IMG/VR virus record: IMGVR_UViG_3300029492_000005
Span: 1-59,393 of that record
DNA: 59,393 nucleotides
Origin: a virus
Strand: one strand, 5' to 3'
Shown here: positions 1-7,972 of the stretch, in pieces
How positions within the stretch are numbered: the stretch's first letter is position 1
How the letters are laid out: each line of letters opens with the position of its first letter
Notes under the pieces: generated by a model
What the model was told of the DNA's origin: nothing
Databases searched by the model: none
What the model saw: the letters and a program-made list of their open reading frames with translations, nothing else
Translations under genes and position numbers: made by a program

Positions 1-99
1 ACCGGCTGGCAGCGATTGAGGACTTACAGTCTGAGATTGAGGACCGGGAAGCAGAGCTGAAAAACCTCCGTGCGCAGTTGGCAGACCTGATAGCTGGTT
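1..99. repeat. Terminal direct repeat, copy 1 (identical to 59295-59393); circular-assembly overlap
   Basis: nt 1-99 (accggctggcagcgattgagg...cctgatagctggtt) recur exactly as the last 99 nt of the window. Confidence 0.95.
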
Positions 100-135
100 G
101 ATTTTATACAGCCGTATTAAGCCGAAGTAAGAATA

Positions 136-777
136 ATGAAGCCTAATGAAGCCGTAGAAAGGAAACGTATGGATAACAGCAAAATCCATGAAGCTCTGAT
201 GGCTGTTCAGTCAGAGCTGAAAGCCCCGAAGGGGCAGATGAACACATTTGGCGGTTACAAGTATCGCTCTTGTGAGGATATTTTGGAAGCAGTCAAACCA
301 ATTTTGAAAGAACACGGTTTGCTTCTTACCCTTTCTGATGAACCTAAAGTGTTAGAGGGGTGGCATTACATCGAAGCGACCGCAAAGGTGGAAACTCTGG
401 ATGGTGGATGCGTAACGGTTACTGCTTACGCAAGAGAACCGGAGCAAAAAACCAAGATGGATGCAGCGCAAGTGACTGGAACGTCTAGTAGCTACGCCAG
501 AAAGTACGCCTTGAACGGTTTGTTTTGCATTGACGATACAAAGGACGCTGACACGGACGAGTACCAGAAACAGACCACAAGCAGGTCAAACAAGCCTGCG
601 CAGAAGCAAATGGAAGCGGAAACCATCCCCCCATGCGCTTGCTGCGGAAAGCAGTTGCAGCCTATTCAGTACAACAACCGCACAGTCACTCCGCTGGAAA
701 CTGCAAGAAGCACGAAGAAACGCTTTGGGCGCGTCCTGTGTTGGGACTGTGCTCAGAAACAGCCGAAGGAGGGCTAA
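136..777 (+). CDS. erf: ERF-family single-strand annealing recombinase with C-terminal CxxC...CxxC zinc-ribbon extension
   Basis: 213-aa ORF. ERF hallmarks GGYKYRSCEDILEAVKPIL and TGTSSSYARKYALNGLF. ssb follows directly. An alternative start at the internal MDNSK has a better SD. Confidence 0.8.
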   Translation: MKPNEAVERKRMDNSKIHEALMAVQSELKAPKGQMNTFGGYKYRSCEDILEAVKPILKEHGLLLTLSDEPKVLEGWHYIEATAKVETLDGGCVTVTAYAREPEQKTKMDAAQVTGTSSSYARKYALNGLFCIDDTKDADTDEYQKQTTSRSNKPAQKQMEAETIPPCACCGKQLQPIQYNNRTVTPLETARSTKKRFGRVLCWDCAQKQPKEG

Positions 778-780
778 ACA

Positions 781-1200
781 ATGCTCAACTCTATCGCAAT
801 TCAGGGGCGTCTGGTTCACACGCCTGAAGCTAAGGTCACGAAGTCTGGAAAGGATGTTTGCACGTTCAGCATTGCCTGCGACCGTCAGAGTGGCGGCCAG
901 AAGGAAACCGATTTCTTTAACTGCACCGCATTTGGCAATACGGCGCTGTTTGTTTCCAAGTGGTTCCAGAAGGGTAGCCTAATTCTGGTGACTGGCAGCA
1001 TCCAGACCCGGAAGTATACCGACAAGCAGGGAAGCAACCGCACCGCAACGGAAATCATGGCGAACAAGGTTGACTTCTGCGGTGGCAAGTCTGACAGCAA
1101 ACCCGCCGATCGGGCGCAGGATGCACCACAGAACTATTCGCAGGGAAACGCAGATGACTTCTCTGTGATTGACGACAGTTCTGATCTCCCTTTTGACTAA
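781..1200 (+). CDS. ssb: Single-stranded DNA-binding protein
   Basis: OB-fold SSB pattern (LNSIAIQGRLVHTPE...TDFFNCTAFGNTA...GSIQTRKYTDKQG) and acidic tail ending DDSSDLPF. Confidence 0.9.
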   Translation: MLNSIAIQGRLVHTPEAKVTKSGKDVCTFSIACDRQSGGQKETDFFNCTAFGNTALFVSKWFQKGSLILVTGSIQTRKYTDKQGSNRTATEIMANKVDFCGGKSDSKPADRAQDAPQNYSQGNADDFSVIDDSSDLPFD

Positions 1201-1238
1201 CGGTTACGCTACCGGGACAAAAGGCGAGAAAGGAATAG

Positions 1239-1805
1239 ATGGAGGAACTTTGGAAAGACATTCCAGAATACGAAGGGCTTTATCAAGCATCGAATCTTGG
1301 AAGAATCAGAAGCGCACCGGGCAAAACGACTTTTTCTGCTGGATGCAGAGTTCGGACTTGGCAAGTAAGAATTATCCAGCCTAAAAAAGAAAAAAGATGC
1401 CGAAACTCAAAAGGCTACACTGACGAGAGAGTAGAACTTTGGAAAGATAGAACACACAAAACAATGCTTGTTTCACGGCTTGTTGCAATGGCTTGGGTTG
1501 ATGGTTACAAGCCTGAATTGACTGTAAATCATATTGATGGAAACCCATCAAACAACACACCTGAAAATTTGGAGTGGATAACAAGAAGTGAAAACATAAG
1601 AAAAGGATTTCAAGAAGGTCTTTACGATAAATGCAGCAAAGAAGTTGCTCTTATTTCTCCAACGGGGGAAATCCACTATTTTGGAACAAGAAAAGCTGCT
1701 TCAAATTTTCTAGGAAAGAATCATGCGTATTTGAATAATCGCCAAAAGCGAAATTACAAGACCGGGATTGATTCAAACGGAAATCATTGGCTCATTAGAG
1801 ACTGA
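1239..1805 (+). CDS. HNH homing endonuclease (NUMOD4-like N-terminus + HNH_3)
   Basis: WKDIPEYEGLYQASNLGRIRS (NUMOD4-like) and VNHIDGNPSNNTPENLEWITRSENIRKG (HNH). Visibly AT-richer than its neighbours. Confidence 0.85.
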   Translation: MEELWKDIPEYEGLYQASNLGRIRSAPGKTTFSAGCRVRTWQVRIIQPKKEKRCRNSKGYTDERVELWKDRTHKTMLVSRLVAMAWVDGYKPELTVNHIDGNPSNNTPENLEWITRSENIRKGFQEGLYDKCSKEVALISPTGEIHYFGTRKAASNFLGKNHAYLNNRQKRNYKTGIDSNGNHWLIRD

Positions 1806-1858
1806 TCGCCTACCTTATATAAGAGCTGCGCTATCTGGCTGGACGGGCGTTTGGAAAG

Positions 1859-3769
1859 ATGAAGCACTTGGGCGACATTACAAAGATTCACGGCGACAAG
1901 ATAGAGCCTGTGGATTGCATCACGTTCGGTAGCCCATGTCAGGACTTGTCCATTGCTGGACGCAGGGCTGGACTTGCCGGAGAACGCTCCGGGCTATTCA
2001 TAGAAGCGGTTCGAATCATAAAAGAAATGAGGTCAAGCACAAATGGACTGTATCCAACTTTCGCTGTTTGGGAAAACGTACCAGGAGCATTCAGTTCCAA
2101 CGGAGGAGAAGATTTCAGAGCCGTGCTGGAAGAACTTGCCCGCATTGAACAGCCAGACGTTTCAATTCCTCGACCTTCGGGTAGGGGGGGCAGATGGAGC
2201 AAAGCTGGAGCAATCGCCGGAAATGGATGGAGCTTGGCTTGGAGACAGCTTGACGCTCAATACTGGGGAGTGCCCCAGAGAAGAAAACGTATCGCTCTTG
2301 TCGTGGATTTTGCAGGTCAACGCGCCGGAGAAATACTATTTGAGCGAACGAGCCTGTCAAGGCATCCTGATTCGCGCATCCCGGCGTGGAAAGAAATTGC
2401 CGGACTTACTGCAAACTGCCCTGCTGGAAATGATGGAGTGGTGGGAGCCGGGCGCGGCCGCAAAGGCGATGGAAATGCTGATTGCAGAAGAACAGAAACG
2501 GATAAGACGGGAGAAGCTGGCCGCTCTGAACGAGAGGAAAGAACGGATAAGAGAGAAAGCAGAGAAGCAGCTGCGTACTCTCTTAAAATCCGCTCTGGCT
2601 GTGCCGGGGGCGGAAAGGGCGCACTTGTGCAAACAGAAAAAGTCGGGACGCTATCGACACTCCAAGACCAGACGATTTTCCAGCTAGTGCAAGCCGGGGA
2701 GATAATCCCAATAAACACACAAATCGCTACAAGACACATCTCGATGGGAGAAAAAACAGGTCTTGGAGTTGGAAAGAATGGAGACCCGTCCTTTACTCTA
2801 CAGGCACGGCATGAACACGGCGTGTGCTATTGCATTGCGGGAAACATTGTTGACAGAGCCGATACGGCAGTGGCGAACGGCTTGGGCGCAAAAGAAGAAG
2901 TGGGCTATACACTGAACACAATCGACCGTCATGCAGTTGCGTATTCCATAAATCCGTTGTCAAGTAACAGCATGAAATCGGCAAATCCGTACAGCGGGTT
3001 CAATGAAACAGGTGTAAGTAAAACGCTCGACTGCTCTGACGCAAACCCAACGAAGAATCAGGGAGGACTTGCCATCGTTCAGCCGATTCCGATTCAAGAC
3101 AAAACAGGAACCCTTTCGCCCGGCGCTCACGCTGGAAGCTACAATGGACAGGATGCTTACAACGATATGCTGGTAAGGTGCAGAGTTTTTGACGCAAGAG
3201 GTAATGGAAATGGAAAGATAGTTCCGACCATTACGGGAGACCACGAAAGCAGAATCACAGACTACACGGCAATCGTAACAGAACCGGAAGATTGTTTGAC
3301 ACCGTGGGATAATCAAGCTCGGAGGATATATAGCGAGAACGGAACGTTTCCAGCGCTGGCTGCAAGAGAAAAAGCGGGGCAAAATCAGCAGTCCGTCCTA
3401 ACGGAAACGGAAATTAGGTGGATAGTCCGCAGACTGACCCCAACGGAATGCGAACGTCTGCAAGGCTACCCGGACGGCTGGACAGATATCGGAGAGTGGG
3501 TAGACACAAAGGGTAAGAAGCACAAGCCGACGGACAGTCCGCGCTATAAAGCGCTTGGAAATTCCATTGCACTTCCTCAGTGGTTCTGGATTGCACAGAA
3601 GATGAAGCCTTATCTGAGCGAAAATTCCACGCTAGGCAGTCTGTTCGATGGTATAGGCGGCTTTCCGCTTGTTTGGCAAAAGACTTATGGAAACGGTACG
3701 GCACGATGGGCGAGCGAAGTTGATAGCTTCTGCATTGCCGTTACAAAAAGGAGATTCGGCGAAGAATGA
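1859..3769 (+). CDS. DNA (cytosine-5) methyltransferase with circularly permuted motif order (IV-VI-VIII-TRD-IX-X-I-II)
   Basis: GSPCQDLS (IV), VWENVPG (VI), YWGVPQRRKRI (VIII), TPTECERLQGYPDGW (IX), YKALGNSIALP (X). Then TLGSLFDGIGGFPL...WASEVD (I-II) as the last ~45 aa. Confidence 0.8.
   Translation: MKHLGDITKIHGDKIEPVDCITFGSPCQDLSIAGRRAGLAGERSGLFIEAVRIIKEMRSSTNGLYPTFAVWENVPGAFSSNGGEDFRAVLEELARIEQPDVSIPRPSGRGGRWSKAGAIAGNGWSLAWRQLDAQYWGVPQRRKRIALVVDFAGQRAGEILFERTSLSRHPDSRIPAWKEIAGLTANCPAGNDGVVGAGRGRKGDGNADCRRTETDKTGEAGRSEREERTDKRESREAAAYSLKIRSGCAGGGKGALVQTEKVGTLSTLQDQTIFQLVQAGEIIPINTQIATRHISMGEKTGLGVGKNGDPSFTLQARHEHGVCYCIAGNIVDRADTAVANGLGAKEEVGYTLNTIDRHAVAYSINPLSSNSMKSANPYSGFNETGVSKTLDCSDANPTKNQGGLAIVQPIPIQDKTGTLSPGAHAGSYNGQDAYNDMLVRCRVFDARGNGNGKIVPTITGDHESRITDYTAIVTEPEDCLTPWDNQARRIYSENGTFPALAAREKAGQNQQSVLTETEIRWIVRRLTPTECERLQGYPDGWTDIGEWVDTKGKKHKPTDSPRYKALGNSIALPQWFWIAQKMKPYLSENSTLGSLFDGIGGFPLVWQKTYGNGTARWASEVDSFCIAVTKRRFGEE
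2043..2687 (+). other. 214-codon alternative-frame ORF fully embedded in the methyltransferase gene (status unresolved)
   Basis: Open frame with GAGG 10 nt upstream of its ATG. Protein-like sequence (SLFGKTYQEHS...LNTGECPREENVSLLSWIL...KYYLSERACQGILIRASRRGKKLP) and a K/E/R coiled-coil tail. Confidence 0.3.
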
Positions 3770-3984
3770 TTACCTGTTGTCTCAACTGTACATCACGCCA
3801 CAAAGCCTGCCACGACACTTGCGAGAAGTACAAGGCAGAGAAGAAAGACTTTGAGGAGCGCAAGGCGTTCGTGCATGAGCTGAACCACAGCCAGAGCGTG
3901 TACCACCGCAACTGCGAGGACAAACACCGGGAACGTGGAAAGAAACGGTATCTCGGAAGTGAATTTAGAGGTGAACGAGGATGA
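3766..3984 (+). CDS. Small Cys/His-rich hypothetical protein
   Basis: 72-aa ORF. ATGA overlap with the methyltransferase stop. CCLNCTSRHKACHDTCEKY motif. Confidence 0.55.
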   Translation: MITCCLNCTSRHKACHDTCEKYKAEKKDFEERKAFVHELNHSQSVYHRNCEDKHRERGKKRYLGSEFRGERG

Positions 3985-4523
3985 GCAAAGCCGTACTTAT
4001 TAGCATTCGTCCAGAGTGGTGTAACAAAATTGCAGGTGGGCAGAAGACCGTGGAAATCCGCAAAACAGAGCCAAATCTGAAAAAGCCGTTCAAGTGCTAT
4101 ATCTACTGCACCAAGAGTACACACTTTGTCGATATTCCCGGTGTGAAAAAAAGCGGCCTCATGTCGGCTGACGGAAAGGTCATCGGCGAGTTTACTTGCT
4201 GTAGTACTACGGTCATCCGCCATGTAAGGCCGACGGGAAGCGGGGCTTTGCCCAAGCTACACATTATTGGGCCGGGGCTAGAATTGCAGTATAAGCCTGC
4301 GACTGACCTGCTCAAAGCGGCCTGCCTGAGCGAAGAAACCGCCGAAAAATATCTCGAAGGCCGTGGCGGCTACGGCTGGCACATTTCCAACTTGAAAATT
4401 TACGACCGCCCACGACCGTTGAGCGATTTTACAAGGCGGCGGGCAACGAAATTTGGCTATGAGCCTGTAGATATTGAGCGGCCACCGCAATCCTGGTTTT
4501 ATGTGGAGGAACTTTACACATGA
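3981..4523 (+). CDS. ASCH domain protein
   Basis: N-terminus KAVLISIRPEWCNKIAGGQKTVEIRKT is typical of ASCH/PUA-like domains. Start overlaps the upstream stop. Confidence 0.6.
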   Translation: MSKAVLISIRPEWCNKIAGGQKTVEIRKTEPNLKKPFKCYIYCTKSTHFVDIPGVKKSGLMSADGKVIGEFTCCSTTVIRHVRPTGSGALPKLHIIGPGLELQYKPATDLLKAACLSEETAEKYLEGRGGYGWHISNLKIYDRPRPLSDFTRRRATKFGYEPVDIERPPQSWFYVEELYT

Positions 4524-5050
4524 ATACCGGCAAGCAATTTGAAGCAGACTTCAAAGCGTCCGTGCCAAAGGATGCGTGGTGCTATCGGCTGAAAGACAGT
4601 GCCGCCACCTACTACGGCGGCAACGAAAACCTGTCCTTCTCCATCGACAACATCTGCGATTTCCTTGTGTACCGATACCCGATGAACCACCTGTTTGAGT
4701 TAAAAACCATTGAAACGCCCTCTATCCCTCTGGAAAAGGTGTTCGGAAAGTACGACAAGGCAAAGTGCAAATACCGTAAGGAAAAGCACATCACGGACAT
4801 GGTGGATGCAATGGGGTACAGCGGTCAGACCGCCCATGTGATAGTCAATTACCGAGCGGTCAACCGCACCTTTGCAATCCCTGCCAGCAAAGTTCTAGCG
4901 TTCCGCTACAACGAGAGCCGCAAGAGCATACCTTGGCAGTGGGCAGAGCAAGAGGGGATAGAGGTCAAGGCAAAAAGGCTGCGTGTCCATTGGCGGTATG
5001 ACGTGGATGCGCTACTGGAAAGATTGGAGAAAGAAAATGCAACTGTCTGA
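4520..5050 (+). CDS. PD-(D/E)xK nuclease, RecU-like Holliday-junction resolvase
   Basis: GKQFEADF...YRLKD...NICDFLVY...LFELKT pattern (D...ExK), in the recombination/replication gene context. Confidence 0.5.
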   Translation: MNTGKQFEADFKASVPKDAWCYRLKDSAATYYGGNENLSFSIDNICDFLVYRYPMNHLFELKTIETPSIPLEKVFGKYDKAKCKYRKEKHITDMVDAMGYSGQTAHVIVNYRAVNRTFAIPASKVLAFRYNESRKSIPWQWAEQEGIEVKAKRLRVHWRYDVDALLERLEKENATV

Positions 5051-5273
5051 AAAACAAGAATTGGTAAGGCTTTTGGGGCTGTACCAAAGCGAACTTCTTA
5101 TGGAGAACGAAGAAAACCTTAGAAAGAAAATGAGAAGCAATGAAAGCCCGAAGAAGGTTGTCACAGATTATTCATACGGTGTAAAAGCTCAGTATGAACA
5201 CGCAAGAATCATCATCAAGAAACTTTCTGTTGAAATCGGAAAAGAACTCAAGGCTAGTTGGGAGTTGTGGTGA
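5037..5273 (+). CDS. Hypothetical protein
   Basis: ATG at 5037 (MQLSEKQ...) preceded by gagaaagaaa and overlapping the upstream stop. The track ORF starts earlier at 4983. Confidence 0.5.
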   Translation: MQLSEKQELVRLLGLYQSELLMENEENLRKKMRSNESPKKVVTDYSYGVKAQYEHARIIIKKLSVEIGKELKASWELW

Positions 5274-5275
5274 AA

Positions 5276-5638
5276 ATGACAATGGTTTGCGATAGATGCG
5301 GTGAAGCGTTTCTGCTTTCCAACGATGTAAAATACATGACACCGTTTGATGACGAACTTGACCAATTTGAAAGCAATTCTATTGTAAAGTGCCTTTCTGG
5401 CGATGATAAAGGGATTTACTCGATAAAAGACGAAACGGTTGTTCTTTGCCCCTCTTGCATGGCAAAGCTGAACGACTGGCTGAAAGGAGAACAGGAACGA
5501 CAAGCAAAATGGATTTACGACCATGAAAGCAACTCAATCGAGTGTGACAAGTGCAGAGCAGAATACAAACTCTCGCCGTATGAACGTGTATCGGATTTTG
5601 ATTATTGTCCTAACTGTGGCGCAAAGATGAAGGAATAA
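5276..5638 (+). CDS. Zinc-ribbon hypothetical protein
   Basis: MTMVCDRCG...CPSC...CDKC...CPNCG: two CxxC pairs at each end. ATG at 5276 lies just after the upstream stop. Confidence 0.55.
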   Translation: MTMVCDRCGEAFLLSNDVKYMTPFDDELDQFESNSIVKCLSGDDKGIYSIKDETVVLCPSCMAKLNDWLKGEQERQAKWIYDHESNSIECDKCRAEYKLSPYERVSDFDYCPNCGAKMKE

Positions 5639-5643
5639 TTAAA

Positions 5644-5985
5644 ATGAAAATCAAAGTGAATCATCGTTTTATCTGCTTTGTAATAGCAACTGTGACGCTG
5701 ATGCTTACATTGTTATTTACATCATGTAGTTCGGTATCTGCTGAAACTAAAACTGAAACTGCTGACCACCCTTGCTACCATGTTACAGTCTATTCCCCGA
5801 AAATCGACCATGCGGGAAACGGCAGCGAACGGCATCCGAAGTATACCATCACCGTGAATGACTTCGAAGAGCTTCTACCTGACCAGCTATCTGCTGAACG
5901 TGATTATCAGCTGCTCCGCATCCCCCTGGAAGATGGACGCTTTGAGTTGGTGTCCACATCTTTAGTTGAAATTGAATACTACTAA
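5644..5985 (+). CDS. Putative lipoprotein
   Basis: Signal peptide with lipobox-like LLFTSC (VIATVTLMLTLLFTSCSS). Confidence 0.55.
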   Translation: MKIKVNHRFICFVIATVTLMLTLLFTSCSSVSAETKTETADHPCYHVTVYSPKIDHAGNGSERHPKYTITVNDFEELLPDQLSAERDYQLLRIPLEDGRFELVSTSLVEIEYY

Positions 5986-6006
5986 GAGAGGCAAAGGAGC
6001 AGTCAA

Positions 6007-6330
6007 ATGAATAAGCGCAGAAACCGCCCCTCGTCTGGCAAACAGGCAATGTCAGCCAACCTCCGCAAAATCGCACGGCAGAACCAGTTATACGGCTTTC
6101 GCATGGCTCTGGACGGCATCGCCGCCACATGGGGCGTACTGATTCAGAACCTTCGGTGCGATGCAGACCTGACCGATGAACAGGTGCAGAAAATCATCCG
6201 CATTGGTGACAGATACTGGGAGATGGTCGGGCAGTTCAAGAACGAGAACATGACCCCTGACGAGTTTGCAGATTACATTACCGCAAAGTCAGAACAGGTC
6301 GAAAAAGAGCTGAGGGAAAGGTGGAGCTAA
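6007..6330 (+). CDS. Hypothetical protein
   Basis: 107-aa ORF with SD (aaaggagcagtcaaATG), in the operon. Confidence 0.55.
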   Translation: MNKRRNRPSSGKQAMSANLRKIARQNQLYGFRMALDGIAATWGVLIQNLRCDADLTDEQVQKIIRIGDRYWEMVGQFKNENMTPDEFADYITAKSEQVEKELRERWS

Positions 6331-6332
6331 CA

Positions 6333-6515
6333 ATGTTTGAATTTGTAACCCGCTGGCTGGTCTGCTTAGTCTTGCTGGCGGTGGTGGTTCAATCTGAACG
6401 GACAATCAAAGACACGGCAGACAGCCTGTTTGAAAAACGGCAGGCAATGCTCGTCTGGTTGTTCATCAACGTGTGTCTGGCCGTTTGTACGACTGTTGCG
6501 ATGGGGTGGAAGTAA
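6333..6515 (+). CDS. Small two-TM membrane protein
   Basis: MFEFVTRWLVCLVLLAVVV...LVWLFINVCLAVCTTVAMGW: two hydrophobic helices. Confidence 0.45.
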   Translation: MFEFVTRWLVCLVLLAVVVQSERTIKDTADSLFEKRQAMLVWLFINVCLAVCTTVAMGWK

Positions 6516-6517
6516 GT

Positions 6518-6754
6518 ATGGAAATTAAATCAATAAATGATATTCCAATGCCGTTTAGCGACATTGATGTTGCGGAAGCGTTTTATCATCATTCGGAACT
6601 TTACATGAAAACAGAGAGTGTTTCAACTACGGTAGCAAGCGGAAATTTTACTACGCTGATTTATAACGCTGTAAATTTGAAAAACGGTTCGTTCAAAAGT
6701 TTTGTCGGTTCAGAAAACGTTCAAAGAGCTAAAGTGCATATTGAGAGAGAGTAA
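6518..6754 (+). CDS. Hypothetical protein
   Basis: ATG at 6518 (MEIKSINDIP...) directly after the upstream stop. Confidence 0.5.
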   Translation: MEIKSINDIPMPFSDIDVAEAFYHHSELYMKTESVSTTVASGNFTTLIYNAVNLKNGSFKSFVGSENVQRAKVHIERE

Positions 6755-6757
6755 CCA

Positions 6758-6922
6758 ATGGACAACGAACTTTACTGCCCAATGAAGATGACTAGCAATC
6801 CGCTTGGGCGGTGCGTATGCGAGAAAGAAAAGTGCGCTTGGTGGCGACAGTTGGACAACTGCTGTTCCGTCTGGCAGATTGCATGGAAGCTGGACAGCAT
6901 CGAAACGAAAATGAAGAGGTGA
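6758..6922 (+). CDS. Small Cys-rich hypothetical protein (54 aa)
   Basis: Not in the track (<60 aa). MDNELYCPMKM...GRCVCEKEKCAWWRQLDNCCSVW. Fills the gap between two tightly packed genes. Confidence 0.4.
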   Translation: MDNELYCPMKMTSNPLGRCVCEKEKCAWWRQLDNCCSVWQIAWKLDSIETKMKR

Positions 6923-6926
6923 GAGT

Positions 6927-7136
6927 ATGAACGAGTGGATTAGTGTTAAAGATAGACTTCCTGATATTCCGAAAAACGATTTTGCCAGCGATTATGTTCT
7001 GGTTCACGATGAAAAAGCTGGTGACTGGGTAGCCTATTATGATGCAAACGGTGGTTGGTGTGAAGCAAGAGAGTGCATCCCATTCAAAAATGTTACACAT
7101 TGGATGCCACTCCCAAAGCCACCGAAGGAGGTCTGA
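6927..7136 (+). CDS. DUF551-like protein (paralogue 1)
   Basis: WISVKDRLPD... and C-terminal VTHWMPLPKPPKE signature. Confidence 0.65.
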   Translation: MNEWISVKDRLPDIPKNDFASDYVLVHDEKAGDWVAYYDANGGWCEARECIPFKNVTHWMPLPKPPKEV

Positions 7137-7139
7137 TAC

Positions 7140-7892
7140 ATGGCAACACCCCCGAAGCGTGGTCGTGGCAGACCGCCGCTGACCGAAGCTGAAAAGAAAA
7201 AGCGTGAGAAGCGAGCGCAAAAGGCGAAAGAAGAAGCCGCTGCGAAGCGTGAGAAAGAGCGAGAGAAAAAGAAACAACAGATGCTTAACAAGCGGAAATC
7301 TATCCGCTCACAGGTGAGTAAAAAGGTGAAAGAACAACAGGAGTTAGCGATTACGAGGTCTAAGATGCTGAACACAGGGGATTTGCAGTCAAGAATCGGC
7401 GATGAAGAAGACAAGAAAGTTGTCGGCATGATTGCGGCAAAGTATTTTGGAGACCTTCCGAGCGTGGACATGAACAACCCCATTGAAGTGCAGCAACGCC
7501 TTGACTTCTTTTTTGACGCTTGCATCGAAGCCAGAATCTCCCCTGTGGTGGAATGGATTGCACTGGTGTTAGGCATCGAATGGCCTAGCCTGAGACAGAT
7601 TATGACAGGCAAACGCCGTGACGACAGCTTGCAGCAGAAGTACATTCTCAAGCTGATTCTGCAAATGCAGTCCATGTGGGCGTACAACGGTATGTATGGC
7701 CAGGAGAACCCGGCAGAGTGGATTTTCCGAGCCAAGAACTACTTTGGTATGCGTGACAACGTGGAAGTCACCGTTGCACCGCCTGAACAGCCGTTGGGCG
7801 ATGCCCAGAGCGCAGAACAGCTCGCCCAGAAGTACCAGACGGCTTTGCCGAAGGAGATTGAAGTGGAGTACAGAGAGGTAGCGGAAGAATGA
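7140..7892 (+). CDS. Terminase small subunit-like DNA-binding protein
   Basis: Basic N-terminus (PKRGRGRPPLTEAEKKK), central DFFFDACIEARISPVVEWIALVLGI...LRQIMTGK (HTH-like) and ENPAEWIFRAKNYFGMRD, resembling Terminase_2-type TerS. Confidence 0.45.
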   Translation: MATPPKRGRGRPPLTEAEKKKREKRAQKAKEEAAAKREKEREKKKQQMLNKRKSIRSQVSKKVKEQQELAITRSKMLNTGDLQSRIGDEEDKKVVGMIAAKYFGDLPSVDMNNPIEVQQRLDFFFDACIEARISPVVEWIALVLGIEWPSLRQIMTGKRRDDSLQQKYILKLILQMQSMWAYNGMYGQENPAEWIFRAKNYFGMRDNVEVTVAPPEQPLGDAQSAEQLAQKYQTALPKEIEVEYREVAEE

Positions 7893-7969
7893 AAGAACTC
7901 ATAACTTTCTTCTTATTATCTTGGGCGGTAGCTTTTTTGATTATCAACAATTTTAACGATAAGGAGTAA
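7889..7969 (+). CDS. Possible 26-aa single-TM micro-protein upstream of the SPFH gene
   Basis: ATGA overlap with the upstream stop. MKELITFFLLSWAVAFLIINNFNDKE. Too short to validate. Confidence 0.25.
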   Translation: MKELITFFLLSWAVAFLIINNFNDKE

Positions 7970-7972
7970 AAT

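Noticed and set aside
7037-7735. 232-aa minus-strand ORF opposite the TerS-like gene
   Set aside because: It is antisense to a purine-rich K/E/R-coding stretch, which explains the lack of stops. The product is S/F/C/L-rich, and the surrounding operon is entirely plus-strand.
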